Shown in pieces: positions 13,821-26,634 of a stretch of DNA of 64,000 bases (position 1 is its first letter; every line of letters starts with the position of its first letter). The notes beneath the pieces were generated by a model. That model saw only the letters and a list, made by a program, of their open reading frames with translations. It had not been told where the DNA came from and did no database searches. The position numbers and the translations under genes are program-made. Source of the DNA: Botryllus schlosseri (lineage: Eukaryota); the NCBI GenBank assembly GCA_051294905.1, contig CM119371.1:39806001-39870000 (forward strand), given 5' to 3'.

Positions 13821-15137
13821 CAGGGGCGTATCCAGAGCGCGAAAAAGGGGGGGGGTTTGCGTTACGAAATTGGCTATTGTGACGTCATCATTACGATCAC
13901 TCGTCTCCACGCCCTGGCGAATAATTAATACATTATAGTTTAATATTAAACAGAGATTTGCGGTGAGTGGGAGATGTACGAATACGATACGGACATTGCC
14001 TGAAAATCGCATTTCTTTTATGGTCTGATTGAAAGAAATTCGTAAATGCTCACATTTAGTCATGAGCCGGCAAATGCCGCCCGTCTTCAAGCGCCTAGTT
14101 CCGGTCAGAGATGCGCGATTTTGTTGGGTTTTGACGATATTATGCGCACGGTCGGTAGTATCGCAGCGGACGAACAAGCGAGGAATAGGGCGGTAGCATA
14201 AACGAGGGCGATCGCCACAGAGAGGTGTGGTGTGAACAGTGTACGTCGTACACGAATGTGTGCTTTTCGATGGCTTTACTAGCCGTACGGCTGAGCGTGT
14301 AGTACGCGCGAAGATAATTAGACCTTAATTGCAAGCACGCAAGTCAGTCAACTAATACAGAGTACACACTGGGATAATAACTTGATCGACAGAGAAACTT
14401 GTCAGCCGATATAATTAGGCTTTACCACTAGGCCTACTCAATTCTCCCGTTCAGCGACAACATAGGCCTGTATTTGGACGACAGCAAGCCACCTAACAAT
14501 CGGGAACGTGGATTGCTAGGCTTGTATTTTGAAATGTGAATGTCAATCCTAGGCCATTTCTCGCCAATAATCGCGAATACAATGTGGATTTGAGAATAGC
14601 ATTGTCGTTCTGGTGCCGTCGTGTCTGCGTCTCGCTGATCAATCAACACGCCGCCGCGAGCAATTCTTAATTAGGATTTCAAGGCGAGCAGGTGGAGCGA
14701 ATTCGCGAGCGATGTTGATTGCCGACAACTTCGTCTTTGCAATTACGTATCGCGTCGGCCAATTAGATTAGATTTTCCTAAAATGAGTCTCTCGTTTTAG
14801 CAAGGCGAGAGAGAAATCGAGGGAAGAAAGTTGAGAACGTCGGCGATTGCCACAGCTGAAATGTAGCTGAACAAGTGCAGAATTCGTATGGAATTAGCGA
14901 ATTATAATGACCTATTTTATCCTTTCGACTAATTCGGCGCATAATTCCAATATTTTGTAGGGGTCTTAGTCCCCTTAAATAACATTAAGACGCCATATTC
15001 GCCTTCTCATACGTAAAAACGAATATGTTAAACTAATAAATTAGCAAATATTAGAGGCTATATTTGACATCAATTTTTAGGATTTTGAAAAGGGGGGGGT
15101 TCCGACCCCCTAAAACCCCCCCCTGGATACGCCACTG
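13821..15137 (+). mobile_element. Non-autonomous hAT element, about 1.32 kb (copy 2)
   Basis: Same TIRs as 2491-3821; TSD catgagcc/tatgagcc. Confidence 0.92.
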
Positions 15138-15204
15138 TATGAGCCTATGAGAGGACATATTTTATTTCTCCATATTGTTGAGTCTTACTACGCTCTTTGT
15201 ACAG

Positions 15205-15824
15205 TAGGGGTGTTCAACCGTTCAAAGATAACATTTTTCTTCAAATTTCACTGGCTACTTGATAAATTGAAAGGTTGGCTAAAAAACTCAGCATACCAGA
15301 TTTGGTTTAATTCCAACCAGTAGTCGCATTGCTACAAGAGAAGAAAGATTTGGATTTATTATATAAAAATTAAATAATTTTTTTTTAATTTTCTGTTCAC
15401 CCCGTAACATTGTTAGGTTGTGTACAGAAACGGTACTCACCAAATTTCGCTCCATTGCAACCAGTGGAAGCGGATTTATTGCAGTTCAAAAATTTGGATA
15501 CGACTAAAATAGTAATCCGACCAACGTAAATATTATTTTAGTCAAATCCAAATAACGTCGCTCACACTGGTTGCAATTGAGCAAAATTTGTTGAACATTG
15601 TTTCTGTACACAACCTTACAATATCATGGGTTGAACAGAATATTTAATTTTTTTTTTATATATTTTCAGATAATAAATATCAAACTTTCTTCTCTTGTAG
15701 CAATGCGGCTACTGGTTGGAATGGAACGAAATTTGGTGTGCAGTTGTTCGTTAATTAGGTAACATATTAATTTTATCAAGTATCCAGTATGATTTGAGAA
15801 AAGAGTCATTTTTTAACACCCCTA
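15205..15824. mobile_element. Palindromic hAT-type MITE (TAGGGGTGTT family)
   Basis: TAGGGGTGTT...AACACCCCTA; TSD ttgtacag/ctgtacag. Confidence 0.88.
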
Positions 15825-16094
15825 CTGTACAGATGCTTGACAGACAAGCCATAAAAGTATTAGCTATGACACACGCAATCACCAGTCACTCCTACATGTC
15901 AAAATGTTCGACTTAATTTTTCCCGCGCATTCGATGTCGCTTCTGCATTTGTCGTGGGCAAACAAATCAAATCCCGTCATCATTGCAACGATATAACATA
16001 GTAGTTGTACAAGCCATAGTCGTTAAACCAGGGTATGGTGAGTATGCTGCAGTTATCCTGTATTGTTAGTAGGCCTAAACGGCATACTCGCAAT

Positions 16095-16480
16095 AGGAGT
16101 ATGCAAAAATGACTATTTTTCAAATTCTACTGGCTTCTTGATAAAATTGTTAGGTTGCCTACTTGAAGGCTGCATACCAAATTTGGTTTAATTCCAAGCA
16201 GTAGCCGTATTGGTACAGGAGAACAAAGTTTTGAATTTATTGTTTAAAAAATGAATAAAAATTTTCTCAAGATTTTCTGTTCACCCGATGATATTGTTAG
16301 GTTGTCTATAAACGGTGCTCAACAAATTTGGCTCAATTTCAACCAGTCGAAGCGGAGTTATTGCAGTCGAAATATTTGGATTTGATTGTAATAGTATTTA
16401 CGTTGGCTAGTTCGAGAACTAGCCACCTTAAATATTATTTTATTCAAATCCAAATTATTCGACTGCAATTACTCCGCTTC
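16095..16480 (+). mobile_element. Truncated MITE of the TAGGGGTG family
   Basis: Similar to 412-700 and 15205-15824. Confidence 0.7.
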
Positions 16481-16564
16481 CACTGTCGAGCCGTGTTACT
16501 TGCTAGTGCATTACTCACGCGGCGCGTTGTGTGACAATTACGTTGTCAAATATTGATGCAACAA

Positions 16565-19500
16565 CAAATTTTCAGTAGCACAAATTCTCACAGTATTCGA
16601 TACATTTGAACGGGAACCTAGTGTATTCCAATTCATAAATAGCAACAGTTTTCCTACTGGTGTCGAAATTAATTATGGCAAGTACGGGGAAGCGGCGTAT
16701 TGAAATTTGTAGCGGTATTTGTTATATTGATCAAGGCTTTTGTACAGTTACAGAAGATTACGACCGAGCCCCGGCTGGTATCATGATTATACACCCTACA
16801 TTTATATATATGTTAATAAAAGGTGGTCAATATAGAAGGAGACGCGTGTTGAAATAGAAATGGTGATGCAGAATTATATACCGGTATACTCAAATACGAG
16901 TTGAAGCAGTGCTGTTCGAAGCAGCTCAAAACTATTTCAAGTGGAAGTGGAATTGCTGTCTTTGAAAACTACTCGAGTAAGTAAGTAGTTTTGAAAAGCA
17001 ATAATAAATACGCACTCATAGATCGCTAACACCTGGAAACTGAGAGCTGGTTCTGTGTTGCTACATCCCCAGGGAATTATTATGGCATAAGGATTCTCTT
17101 GCATCATGCGAAACAAATGATAGCTTTGCCATTGAAAAGTGGTTATGTACATGTTTTAACCCCAGTGCCCCCTTACAGAATATATGACGGTATGGCGCTT
17201 TTTATCGTAGTACAAGGCCCATAGTTAATGAGACGATGAACGATACGGACAAGTTGATTTAGATACTACATTCACGCTTTGATCGACTAGGAAGGAACCT
17301 GGAAATATGGAAGATCGTATAATTCCAAACATTTTGATGAGTGTTATTTACTATGACGAAACTGATATATGGGCGATGATGTGGTCTTAAAGTTTGCACA
17401 TACCACATAGGACAGCTACATAAATCATATTGACCGAGAGAGATATACATTTCGCAGAATCATGGTGAAAATTCCGAGAAAACAGCCACTGAATTTCATC
17501 GTCTTGATCTTATTCATTCTTTTATCGGATTATTAAAATACTTCTTCCTGATAAACTGTAAATAACGAAAAGTAAATAAGTAATTCACCAAATGAAACGA
17601 AGTTAAAGAGAAAGTAACTGGAAAGCGGATTTACTTGTGTAAGTAGGTACTGAAAGTAGAGGAAAACTACTCAAGTAGTTCCAAAAATGGGTAACGAAGG
17701 AAAGTAACAAAGTACCTCATTGCACAATGCATATTTTGACTCAAGTCAAATCACGGGGATTTTGAAAGTGACTCGATTCGAGTCAAGTCAAGTCGAGTCA
17801 CAATTTATAGCCAAGTTGATTTTTCACAGTATGAGGCATAATTGTGTTATTGCATTTTGATAGCTTTTTGAAAGTTGCCATTTATTTTGAATCGAGAGAC
17901 GATATGATGCAATGCACTAGCCATCTACACATCCGTGAGATCGGTGCCGATGGTTGACAAGTAACATGAATTCATAAGCTTCATTAAAATTTGGTTTCAA
18001 TTTTACAACAGGTTACTGACCACCTTAGGCGCTGAACCCTAATTTACCGAAGGTATGCGTGATCGATGACGGCATGAAGGGGCGACGTCATAATAGTCAG
18101 AATTGACGAATTAGCCGACTCGCAAACGTTCAATAGTCGGTTGTACATGGTGACAAAATTACGATACTATTAAGCAGACATCCTGCTGAATTGATTTCAA
18201 AATTTCCAAGGTAGCATCAATTTATTAGGTTTTAAGTACGTGCCCCAATCCCGATAATAATCTATCGCATTAGCTTCGTCGTGTTAATGAACTCGCACGT
18301 ATGATTATTATATATACTCGAAATCTACCGTAAGATAACTAGCGAGTCCGACTGTAGCCTACAGTGTACACTTGATTTGCAAGCTCACAATCTCCCATCA
18401 ATACGCGTTACGCTAACAGTCCGCCTCGGGAACAAATGAATATGCATTTTCGAAGACGGCTAATAAACCAAGTTCCATGCTCTGGACCCTGTTCAGTAGC
18501 GACAATAACTTTAAAGGAGCCTGCAACACATCTTCCGATCGTTGTGTTTTTGGTATTACCGCAAATAAAAGTCAATCACTCCGCATGATTCTGATTACAG
18601 CCAGTATGTATTTGAATTAATTCCGCCCGTGTTATATGTCTTGTGACAGTACGACATCACAATCACAGCAGACGCAATAGTACCGGCAGGCGAGCCAGAT
18701 ATCATATTTCTACACAGCAGGAGATGACAATTGCTACTTTTCAGGCCTATACAAATTAACATCATTCTAGTATTGAGGTTTCGGTCTTGTTGCCTCGCAT
18801 CGCATCTTCTAATTAGCCGCATTCGATCAATGTATTGCTGCTGATTTTCTCAAGTGGGCAGCAAGATTACGAAATACATTGCTGATTTCTAAATCGCACA
18901 ATTCACTAACTAGTCAAGCAGTTACATACCTAATGGAATTCTGGGTATGCGGCATACCGAAAAAAATTCCTAGCTATGCACGGCATACGAAGCATACCCG
19001 AGTCCAGTGCCTGTGCCGACCAAAATGAACACTGTTGGCCTACTCAATATTTTTTTAAATTTCACTGGTTATGTTATACAATTAATGTTTTGGCTAAAAC
19101 AGCGCTGTACACCAAATTTGGCTCAATTTCAACCAGTAGAAGTGAGGTTCTTGCTGTATAAAGTATTGAATTTATTATTTAAAAAGTAAAAATTAGAAAA
19201 ATTCGTATTTTTGCAGACTCTATAAAATAGTTAGACTGTCAGTAGAGATAATGCACACCAATTTTAGCTCAATTCCAACCAGTAGAAGTAAAGTTACTGC
19301 AGTAAAAAATTTTGGACTCTTTTTTTGAACTCTTTCAATAACTATTATTATAAAATCATAGAATTAGAAATTGAACAGTCCATAGAAGAGAGATATTTTG
19401 CCATTAGATTATTTTACTACTATAGTTAGGAGCTCCGATCACTTCGTTTGCGGTCAATTTATTTGTGATAGAGGAATGGAGGCCCGCCCAGTGAAATATA

Positions 19501-20100
19501 TGCAATATCCGTCATTTTGATTGACACCGTTACTTGATGACTTGAAATTGCCTCATAAATTTTGCTCCGAGTCACGAGTCAATCCACATTTCTAAACCCG
19601 CAAGTCAAGTCATTTTTGCAAAGCGACTCGAGTCAAGTTAAGTCATACGAAAAGAGTGACTCGAGTCCGACTTAATCGAGTCATCCCAACACTGTCACTT
19701 AATATACATAGCGAATACCAGGATCCGCACCACAGCCGAAAACGAACTAGGGCAGTCCATTAATATACACGGACGCAGTGACATCTGAACGCATGTGCCT
19801 GTAAACCGGCGCGATACCGTTCATTTTCAACCTTATCGGCTACAAAAATCCTAGAAGTGGGCCGTGCTACAAGTCGGCAGATACAGAAACATAATAAATA
19901 ATATCGGTCTGGCGTATGACCGATGCAGTCGAAAAATGTCATGATTACCCGAAAATGCAACAAACTCATCAGGTGGACCGAGCTTAATCGTGTGGGAAAA
20001 CACGCAAATTCGCATCCCTGCACAACGGCGACTTTACTTAATAATGATATAACTTGGCTGTGTCGATGTGTGAGATTCACTTATCCAATCGCACACGCAA
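16565..20100 (+). pseudogene. DCAF1: DCAF1/VprBP-like pseudogene, copy B (inverted; N-terminus to armadillo-like region)
   Basis: VAQILTVFDTFEREPSVF~MVPILTRMSQLIEKETEEY; ETNDSFAIEKWL~QTNDVLLTFEALKHL; GAIPFIFNLIGYKNP~GIKVLLSLLSIKMP. Nucleotide matches to the reverse complement of copy D (taaggattctcttgca near 17088 and 62410; gc(a/g)ggcgagccag near 18686 and 58680). Confidence 0.6.
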
Positions 20101-20372
20101 ATGGTAACTTTTCATATTTCATAGAGCAGTATCGCAGTAAGGCATACACACTCTTTTATCTTCATTTATAAACAATGATGATGAAAACTGATTACCGTGA
20201 ATTATCCTGTGCCAATTCGCCTTTAGTATACTTGAATATATTTCGAATGACAAGTGAAAACTGTGGGTGTGATCTGTGAATGGCAGCCTGGTAAACTAAT
20301 TTTGCAATTTACATAAACAGGTTAGCAATTGTGGAGGAATTGAAGCGTCACCCACGGGTGTCGTTGATTTGT

Positions 20373-20625
20373 ACATGTCGCCAATGTCGCCAATGTCACC
20401 AATGTCACCAATGTCGCCAATGTCGACGTCTATCTATTTTGTCCATGTCGCCAATGTCGCCAATGTCACCAATGTCACCAATGTCGCCAATGTCGACGTC
20501 TATCTATTTTGTCCATGTCGCCAATGTCACCAATGTCACCAATGTCGGCTATGTCACCAATGTCGCCAATGCCGACATTGCCGACAATGCCGCCATTGCC
20601 GACAATTCCGACATTGCCGACGATG
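20373..20625. repeat. 9-bp minisatellite (TGTC[A/G]CCAA)n switching to inverted units (GCCGACA[A/T]T)n
   Basis: Directly visible; includes a duplicated tgtcgacgtctatctattttgtcca spacer. Confidence 0.9.
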
Positions 20626-20879
20626 CCGCTCGGGGGCCGAAACTAGGGTAATGTAATGACAGGATTTTTGGTGACTCGACTTGAATCAATCTTATTGGTA
20701 TTGACTTGACCTGCACTCGGCTACTCAAGCACTTCGACTATCTCGCTACATACTACGCGATTCTTGACGGGAAGACCTGCATGGCCACAAACGCAAATTA
20801 TTTATAACTAATCATATTATTTATATTATTAGGCCTACGTTGAATTGAATGAACGTCGAAGTCTTTATACATTCCAGTG

Positions 20880-22727
20880 TAGGATTCGCGAGGAAAATAC
20901 ACGACCGGGCGTGGGTACGCTGGCAAAAAAGTACACCATTTCGCATTCCATTGGTGTCAGATAGTGCTCTGTCTGTGAACTTATCATTTGACTCCAAGGC
21001 CCCCAAATGAAGTGTGGACTGCGTCTCCCGAAGACAAGAAACCTGTCACCTCGATTATTTTCGAGCAAGCAAGATTATCTAACAAATGTTTATGGCATTT
21101 GCCTGTTGTGAGCGCGAAAAGACGAAAGATTTCGTGTTGACGGTTGAAACGCATTCAAGTCGAAATACAAGCAATTTCTTCTAAATCAATACTAGCCAGT
21201 CTTCAGGATTACCGGACCACAACCTAACATCGACCTCGCCCTCCGCCACATGCCACCCCATTTTGTCGCTTGCGTCTTATATTCTCTGCATTACTTTTCA
21301 TTCAGTGTGCATGCCTCTTATTTACTTCGCCTAGGCTAAGGTGGGTGTCTGATCTTAATGGCTAATCAAAGTTGTTTCGACACCTTCCTATCTTTTCATT
21401 GTATCGCAGTCTTGTGATGTTTTGAAACGATGAAAATAATAATAAACCTGATTGATTGACGGTAGAGGCCGACTTTTATAAAAATGACGAGTGTCAGCTG
21501 AAAATATTCGGGTTCATTTCAATATCAATATACTATTCACTTGGGAAGGTAGGCCTACTTAATTTAAAATTTCCATTCGTGTAAACCAGGGGTGGCCAAC
21601 CAGCGGCCATAAAAGGAAATCTGTGCGGCCGTGGACACGTCTGTTGCGGAGACGAAAAAGTCTATCACACCAATGTGACGTCTACCAGCTTCAGATATAC
21701 GGTATATCATATTTGAAACGGTTGCTAATTTGCTGTTCACGTCAAATATGATTTTGAAAATTGCAATCGTTCCTACAATAAACCTAAACTACCAGTAGGC
21801 TTACATCAGAATATTGCTCCTGTACGATTACTGGTACTAGATCCGTGCAGTGGGGCTAAAGTTGAAAATTGTGTATGATAACTGAATTGGGAAGACGTCA
21901 CAATGCTGAGCTTCGATGAACTCATGATAACTCGAGAGGTGACATTTTTATTCCAACTCAAGTTCACATACAGTACGAATGTTTTCATTTAAATTGCAAT
22001 ATAGCGTGAGAAATAGCCAGTCACATAGTCAAATATCCACCGAAAAGCAAATCTGTTTCGCTCGCCCAGTCAAATGGAATTTAATCGCCTAATTGGGTTT
22101 GGATACTGAAGGGAATGAAAATGTTAAGTTTGGCATAATGAATGCTCGTTAGTGCTGTTTTTTTTTTTCGTGCTAGAAATGGACGGAGGAGGAATGCATG
22201 GGGGTTACACATTACCGAATACTAGGTTACGGAAGGCATCGGCTATGATGATGAATCTAGAAAACCGCTATTTGTCGTTTTCCTACGGAAGCTATGATCT
22301 AATGAAGTGACTCACATGTATTGTATCCATGATGCACCGTGTTGAGCTGCCGAAGGCAGCGAAACAGAAAAATAAGCTGCACATATTAAGTCACAGTATA
22401 TAATTTCTGTAGTGGATCCATTTGGAATTCTTACGATCGAATATAACAAATTGGATTTGGTTTTTTGGCTTTGGCTCGGATTTGGATTTGGTTTGGTGGC
22501 TGCGCCACCCCGCCACCCCGTAACTCGGCGCCTATGGCATACAGTTGGTCGAGCAATCGTTCTCATACGGCGATTTGACTGCAGGTGAAAGCATGCGATA
22601 AGACTTTGTTTGGTGAGGAGTTGCTGTAGCTGAAAGTTACCATCCCAGGAAATGACGATGAATAGCCGCGCCAGAAAAAACAATTACTGTGGCAAGTGTC
22701 TATATTTCTCTACGCAAACGTGAATAC
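20880..22727 (-). pseudogene. DCAF1: DCAF1/VprBP-like pseudogene fragment, copy C (N-terminal half)
   Basis: LARLFIVISWDGNF~LGHLLRILFKNDDF; 21485-21540 closely matches 62317-62370 of copy D; weaker matches to 61480-61770. Confidence 0.55.
21197..21460 (+). mobile_element. ~270-bp retroposon-like element (SINE or LINE 3' end) with AATAAA and (TGAT)n tail
   Basis: Homologous to 31230-33232 (split), 49925-50198 and 55852-56119. Confidence 0.7.
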
Positions 22728-22989
22728 CAGGTTGGTATAACTATTGTCGTATTCAGACACGTAGTCGTGATTAGCATTCGTAATCGATTACGACGATTAC
22801 AGCATTTTCAAGTAATGTTAAGCGCAATCGGTTATATTCGAAAAATCGTAATTGTAATATTAATCGATTATTTCACATATCTAATCCATTTCTTCGTGAG
22901 AAAACGTTTACTTTGACTTAAAGAAATACTATAGGAGAAACTGAACATTCGTTAACGCGGAACAGCGCAATATTAGCCTATACAGTATA

Positions 22990-23656
22990 CACGGTTACCA
23001 TATTTTGGAGACCTGAAAAGAGGACAACTCGGTCAACCCCTGAATACATTTCCCGTTGTTCATTGGTCAGCTTTCCGGCTCAGCTCCCGAAATAGCCGCC
23101 GAGGCGTTACTTCAGTGCCGATTTACTGTGTCTCAGTCGAATTTTATGCTATATTTAAACAAAATTCTCAAGAAAGGGGACAAAATCTCAAAAAAGAGGA
23201 CATTTGGGCGTCCTCGTAGGCCACTTTCAGAAAAGTCCAAAGATATGACCATTCCTCTTAAAATAGCGTTACCATACGACCTTCTATGGGAAGATTTGTC
23301 TTCTTTCTTCAGGTTTTTTGAAAATGTCCTCCTTTTTGACTATTCGTCATCCTTTACAGCTTTTAGAGCTAAGACAGTGGATAACTTCGAGTGAAAATGA
23401 GCATGAATGACGCCAAATAGGAAATTCGTGTTTTGAACGAAAGTGACGACCTTTTTTTAGTGTGAATGAAAAACTGTATTTTTGGAGTTGAGCTGGAAAG
23501 TTGACCATTTTTATTAATCAACCAACAAAATTTCGTGTCATCATTTTTCGAATTTTACTCCAGTATTCTAATTCTGAAAATTTTGAAAAAGTGTCCTCCT
23601 GTCCTGATTCCAAAATATGGTAACCCTATCTTAAAAGAGGACGTATGCGAACCCTA
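22990..23656. mobile_element. hAT-Blackjack-like MITE (GGTTACCATA termini, AGGACA repeats), composite right end
   Basis: cggttaccatattttgg ... ccaaaatatggtaacccta; related to 32472-32922 and 45433-45726. Confidence 0.7.
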
Positions 23657-23795
23657 TATAACACCACGGTATTGATTGCAGAAACGTTGGATTGTCGGAA
23701 GCACTGGTCAGTATCACGTCACGAGTATTATCCTTGCTTATAATCGCGTAACGAATCATTTATCGACACAGTAAATTGATATTCAATGTACTATA

Positions 23796-24307
23796 TAGGG
23801 CTGGGCAAAATCGAGTACCTGAGTGATTCGTTTCTGAATCACGTATTATGCTTCGAGTCTAGTCGAGTATTCCAGTATCACTAATTATGACGTCACGGCA
23901 GAATTTACAATGTAAAAATTCAAATTTGTACGTTTTATGCCACCACATAGAACATAATGCTTGTTATGCTTCGCATTAAAGATACTATGGTATTTTTACG
24001 ACCATACCGATTTCACTGCACCTCTTGATCATGTTGTGGGATGATCATGACTTCGCAAATGTGTTATTTCCAGGTATATTCGTAGCTTTGTACTATCTCT
24101 CGTACGCTGCGACACGGCCAATCAAGGTTTCATGGCTTCATCGGTGGAAAATAGTATCAAAACTTTAATTCATCTTACTAAATTTAGTTTCAGTTGCGAC
24201 CAGTGTATAATTTCAGTACTCAAAAAATCGTATTTTTGCTACTCGTATCGAATCATTAAAATTAATACTCGATTCAGATTGCAATACTGGAATTGTGCCC
24301 AGACGTA
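23796..24307 (+). mobile_element. hAT-type MITE, TAGGGCTGGGC family (older copy)
   Basis: TAGGGCTGGGCA...TGCCCAGACGTA; colinear with 54752-55253. Confidence 0.8.
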
Positions 24308-24771
24308 GCGCATTGTAAATATTGTAGTGTGATTGTTAGAGCCACCAGCATGTCCTATAAAAAGTTATATATGCATCCCTGACGCCACTACCTAGCCGCA
24401 GGAAAACCACTCTGCTCAGTTTTGAATATGAATATATGTATTGATCTTTGATTGTGCTTATTTATACTCAGTTTGAACGTTGCTGCTTGGCGAGGAGTAG
24501 GCCCAAGCCCCGTGCGCCGGACAAAGATTGGAAATTTTATGGTCAAATGAAACATTATGAATTTCACATCAGAGCATTACAAAACAACGGCTGCTTACAT
24601 AAATTAAAATCGAGCTGTTCTTTGCCGTTACGAGTAAAGACTAATTTCAGAGCGTATTACGTAGAAATAAAATTTCTGATAATATATAATAATCCATTCA
24701 TTAGTGTGCGGACTCTGTATTCCCTCGACCGATTCGAGTATCCGGCCCCCTTATTATCGTTAGGTTTCTAC

Positions 24772-25614
24772 AGGGTTGGTTCCATTATGTTTACAATAAG
24801 AACAGTTTAGTTCAAAATAATAATAGTCTCATGTTCACAATTAGAACAGTCTCATGCTCACAATAAGGACAGTCGTTATATTCACAATAACGTCAATCGT
24901 AGCTCCCACATATCCCAGACACGATGTCCGAGAGCCAACACAGTACAAACACATCCCAGACATGATGTCCGAACACGTCCCAAACACGATTTTCGATTGG
25001 CAACGCAGTCCGGAGACACCCCAGACATGATGTCTGGTGGTGTTCTGACATCATGTCTAGGGTGTGTTTAGAAAATAATGTCTGGGGTGTCGCCGGACAG
25101 CGTTGACACTCGGACATCGTGTCTGGGGCATCACGTGTTCGGAGTTCGGACATCATGTCTGGGGTGTGTTCGGACTGCGTGGTTGCACTCGGACATCGTG
25201 TCTGGGGGTTTCCGGACATCATGTCTGGTGTGTGTTCGGTCTGTGATTCCAATCGGAAATCGTGTTTGCGCGTGTTCGGACATCATGTCAGAGGTGTGTT
25301 CGGACCGCGTTGGCACTGGGATATCGTGTCTGGGGGGGGGGGGGGGGGGTTCGGACTTCATGTCCGGTTGTATTAGGACTATGTTGCCAATCGAAAGACG
25401 TGTTTGGGGCGTGTTCGGACATCAGGCTGGGAAGCGTTCGGACTGCGTTGGCGTTCGGACATGGCGTGTGACGGTTTTTGGACTATTTTGCCACTCGGAC
25501 ATCGTTTCCAGAAGATGTGTTGGTGCTGCGACTGACGTTATCGTGCGAATATAACGACTGTTCTTATTGTGAACACGAGGCTGTTTTTATTGTGAACATA
25601 ATCGAACCAACCCT
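24772..25614. mobile_element. Foldback element with AGGGTTGGTTC TIRs and internal CGGACATCATGTCTGG subrepeats
   Basis: Terminal ~130 bp are imperfect inverted repeats; ~40-bp internal units occur in both orientations; no clear TSD. Confidence 0.75.
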
Positions 25615-25909
25615 CTTTTTAGGCTTAACCCAAATGATTTCGGTATTATGTTATGTCTCCGAAAGCCTTCGGAATCATATTAAGGTTACGTGAGGATTGG
25701 GGTAATGGTTACATTAAGGGTTAGGTTATAAAGTCCCATATCCCGGTTCCCAGTGCTGAGTTTTTTTGCTAAACATTCCCTTTCCATTGTACCGCATGCA
25801 TAAGTATCGGTCAACGGTCCTTCAATAAATAGCAGGTCATAATTCGGAGTTCGTCCAGCCTACACAAGGGGGTCTAATCGCGCATAATTCATGTGTCAAC
25901 AGATTGTAC

Positions 25910-26441
25910 CCAAGATCACTAATAAAACTATCACGACTAGCAGGCCTTGAAGTATTTTAAAACAAATTTTGCGCGTCATTGAAAACGTGCCTGGAAGTAA
26001 ATCATTCTACCCAATTAGGATACCGTATTAAATAAATAAAAAAACAGCGCACTCACATTGGCTCGAGGGACTTGTTCCTCCTTCACCAATGGTAATGTTG
26101 CAGAAGACGTTGTTTACATTGGTCTGATTTCCGGCCGCGACGTTAAGAGAGCAATTTTCGAACTTCTGATAGACATTTTCTCCTTCAGCCAAAGTTGCAG
26201 ACCCTAAGACACACATGATTATTGTACTGCGTGTCAGGTTCTGCATCTTATTTATTGAATGAGCGAAGATTTACTGTATTAAAATAGCTTAATGACTATT
26301 TTATGTCGCTAATATTATTTTGAATTTCAAGTACTCTGCCCTGCACTACATCGGGCATCACTTACCGCTTGTTCCCGGTGATAATGATGTGGACGTGACA
26401 TCAGCGACACTAGAATTGTGATCTCGACCTTCTTCCGCCAT
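25910..26441 (-). CDS. First three coding exons (26441-26366, 26203-26057, 25990-25910) of a putative type II membrane protein with an N/Q/V-rich RHIM-like cytoplasmic segment
   Basis: accATGG start; GT-AG introns (gtaagt, gtgagt donors), all phase 1, no stops. Translation: MAEEGRDHNSSVADVTSTSLSPGTSGSATLAEGENVYQKFENCSLNVAAGNQTNVNNVFCNITIGEGGTSPSSQCTFSMTRKICFKILQGLLVVIVLLVIL. Downstream exons not resolved. Confidence 0.72.
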
Positions 26442-26634
26442 GGTATTGATCACGTGGTATTAATCAGATAGCGTATACGAAAATACTGCAGATACATAAA
26501 ATTACACGTCATGATACATCTTTTCTTAACAACAGGCGGAGACTATCAGTTCTTAGCATTTAACTATGGTAGATCTGATAGATATATTCCAGCAATATGG
26601 CCTGACAGCGGTCACATGTAGGCTTGCACAAATA

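Larger units (their letters stand above)
9065..16060 (-). pseudogene. DCAF1: DCAF1/VprBP-like pseudogene, copy A (armadillo-like region to WD40 C-terminus), TE-interrupted
   Basis: Colinear peptides across stops and frameshifts (this copy ~ human): DYFRHQL~KYFEAHL, TLAQNDGRMLAKILD~VVQSNNGIKVLLSLL, VRQNSEFDEIECL~VAQSRISFPEKEL, TITHDP~AITHLEP, AIEFSE~YVEFSK, SNGTE..WDAND~PNGLE..WDLRT, RNSITDLCDDCY~RNIFDLCTDTKDCY. Confidence 0.7.

Noticed and set aside
20331..20656. ORFs with SPM and CRQCHQ repeats (metallothionein- or CTD-like)
   Set aside because: Translation of a 9-bp minisatellite that is open in several frames; no gene context.
24893..25554. Overlapping 70-158 aa ORFs
   Set aside because: Products of the foldback's internal subrepeats, open on both strands.
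26028..26246. ORF MQNLTRSTIIMCVLG read as a signal peptide
   Set aside because: A phase-compatible acceptor at 26204 and an upstream exon with accATGG and a gtaagt donor give a better model; these first residues are intronic.
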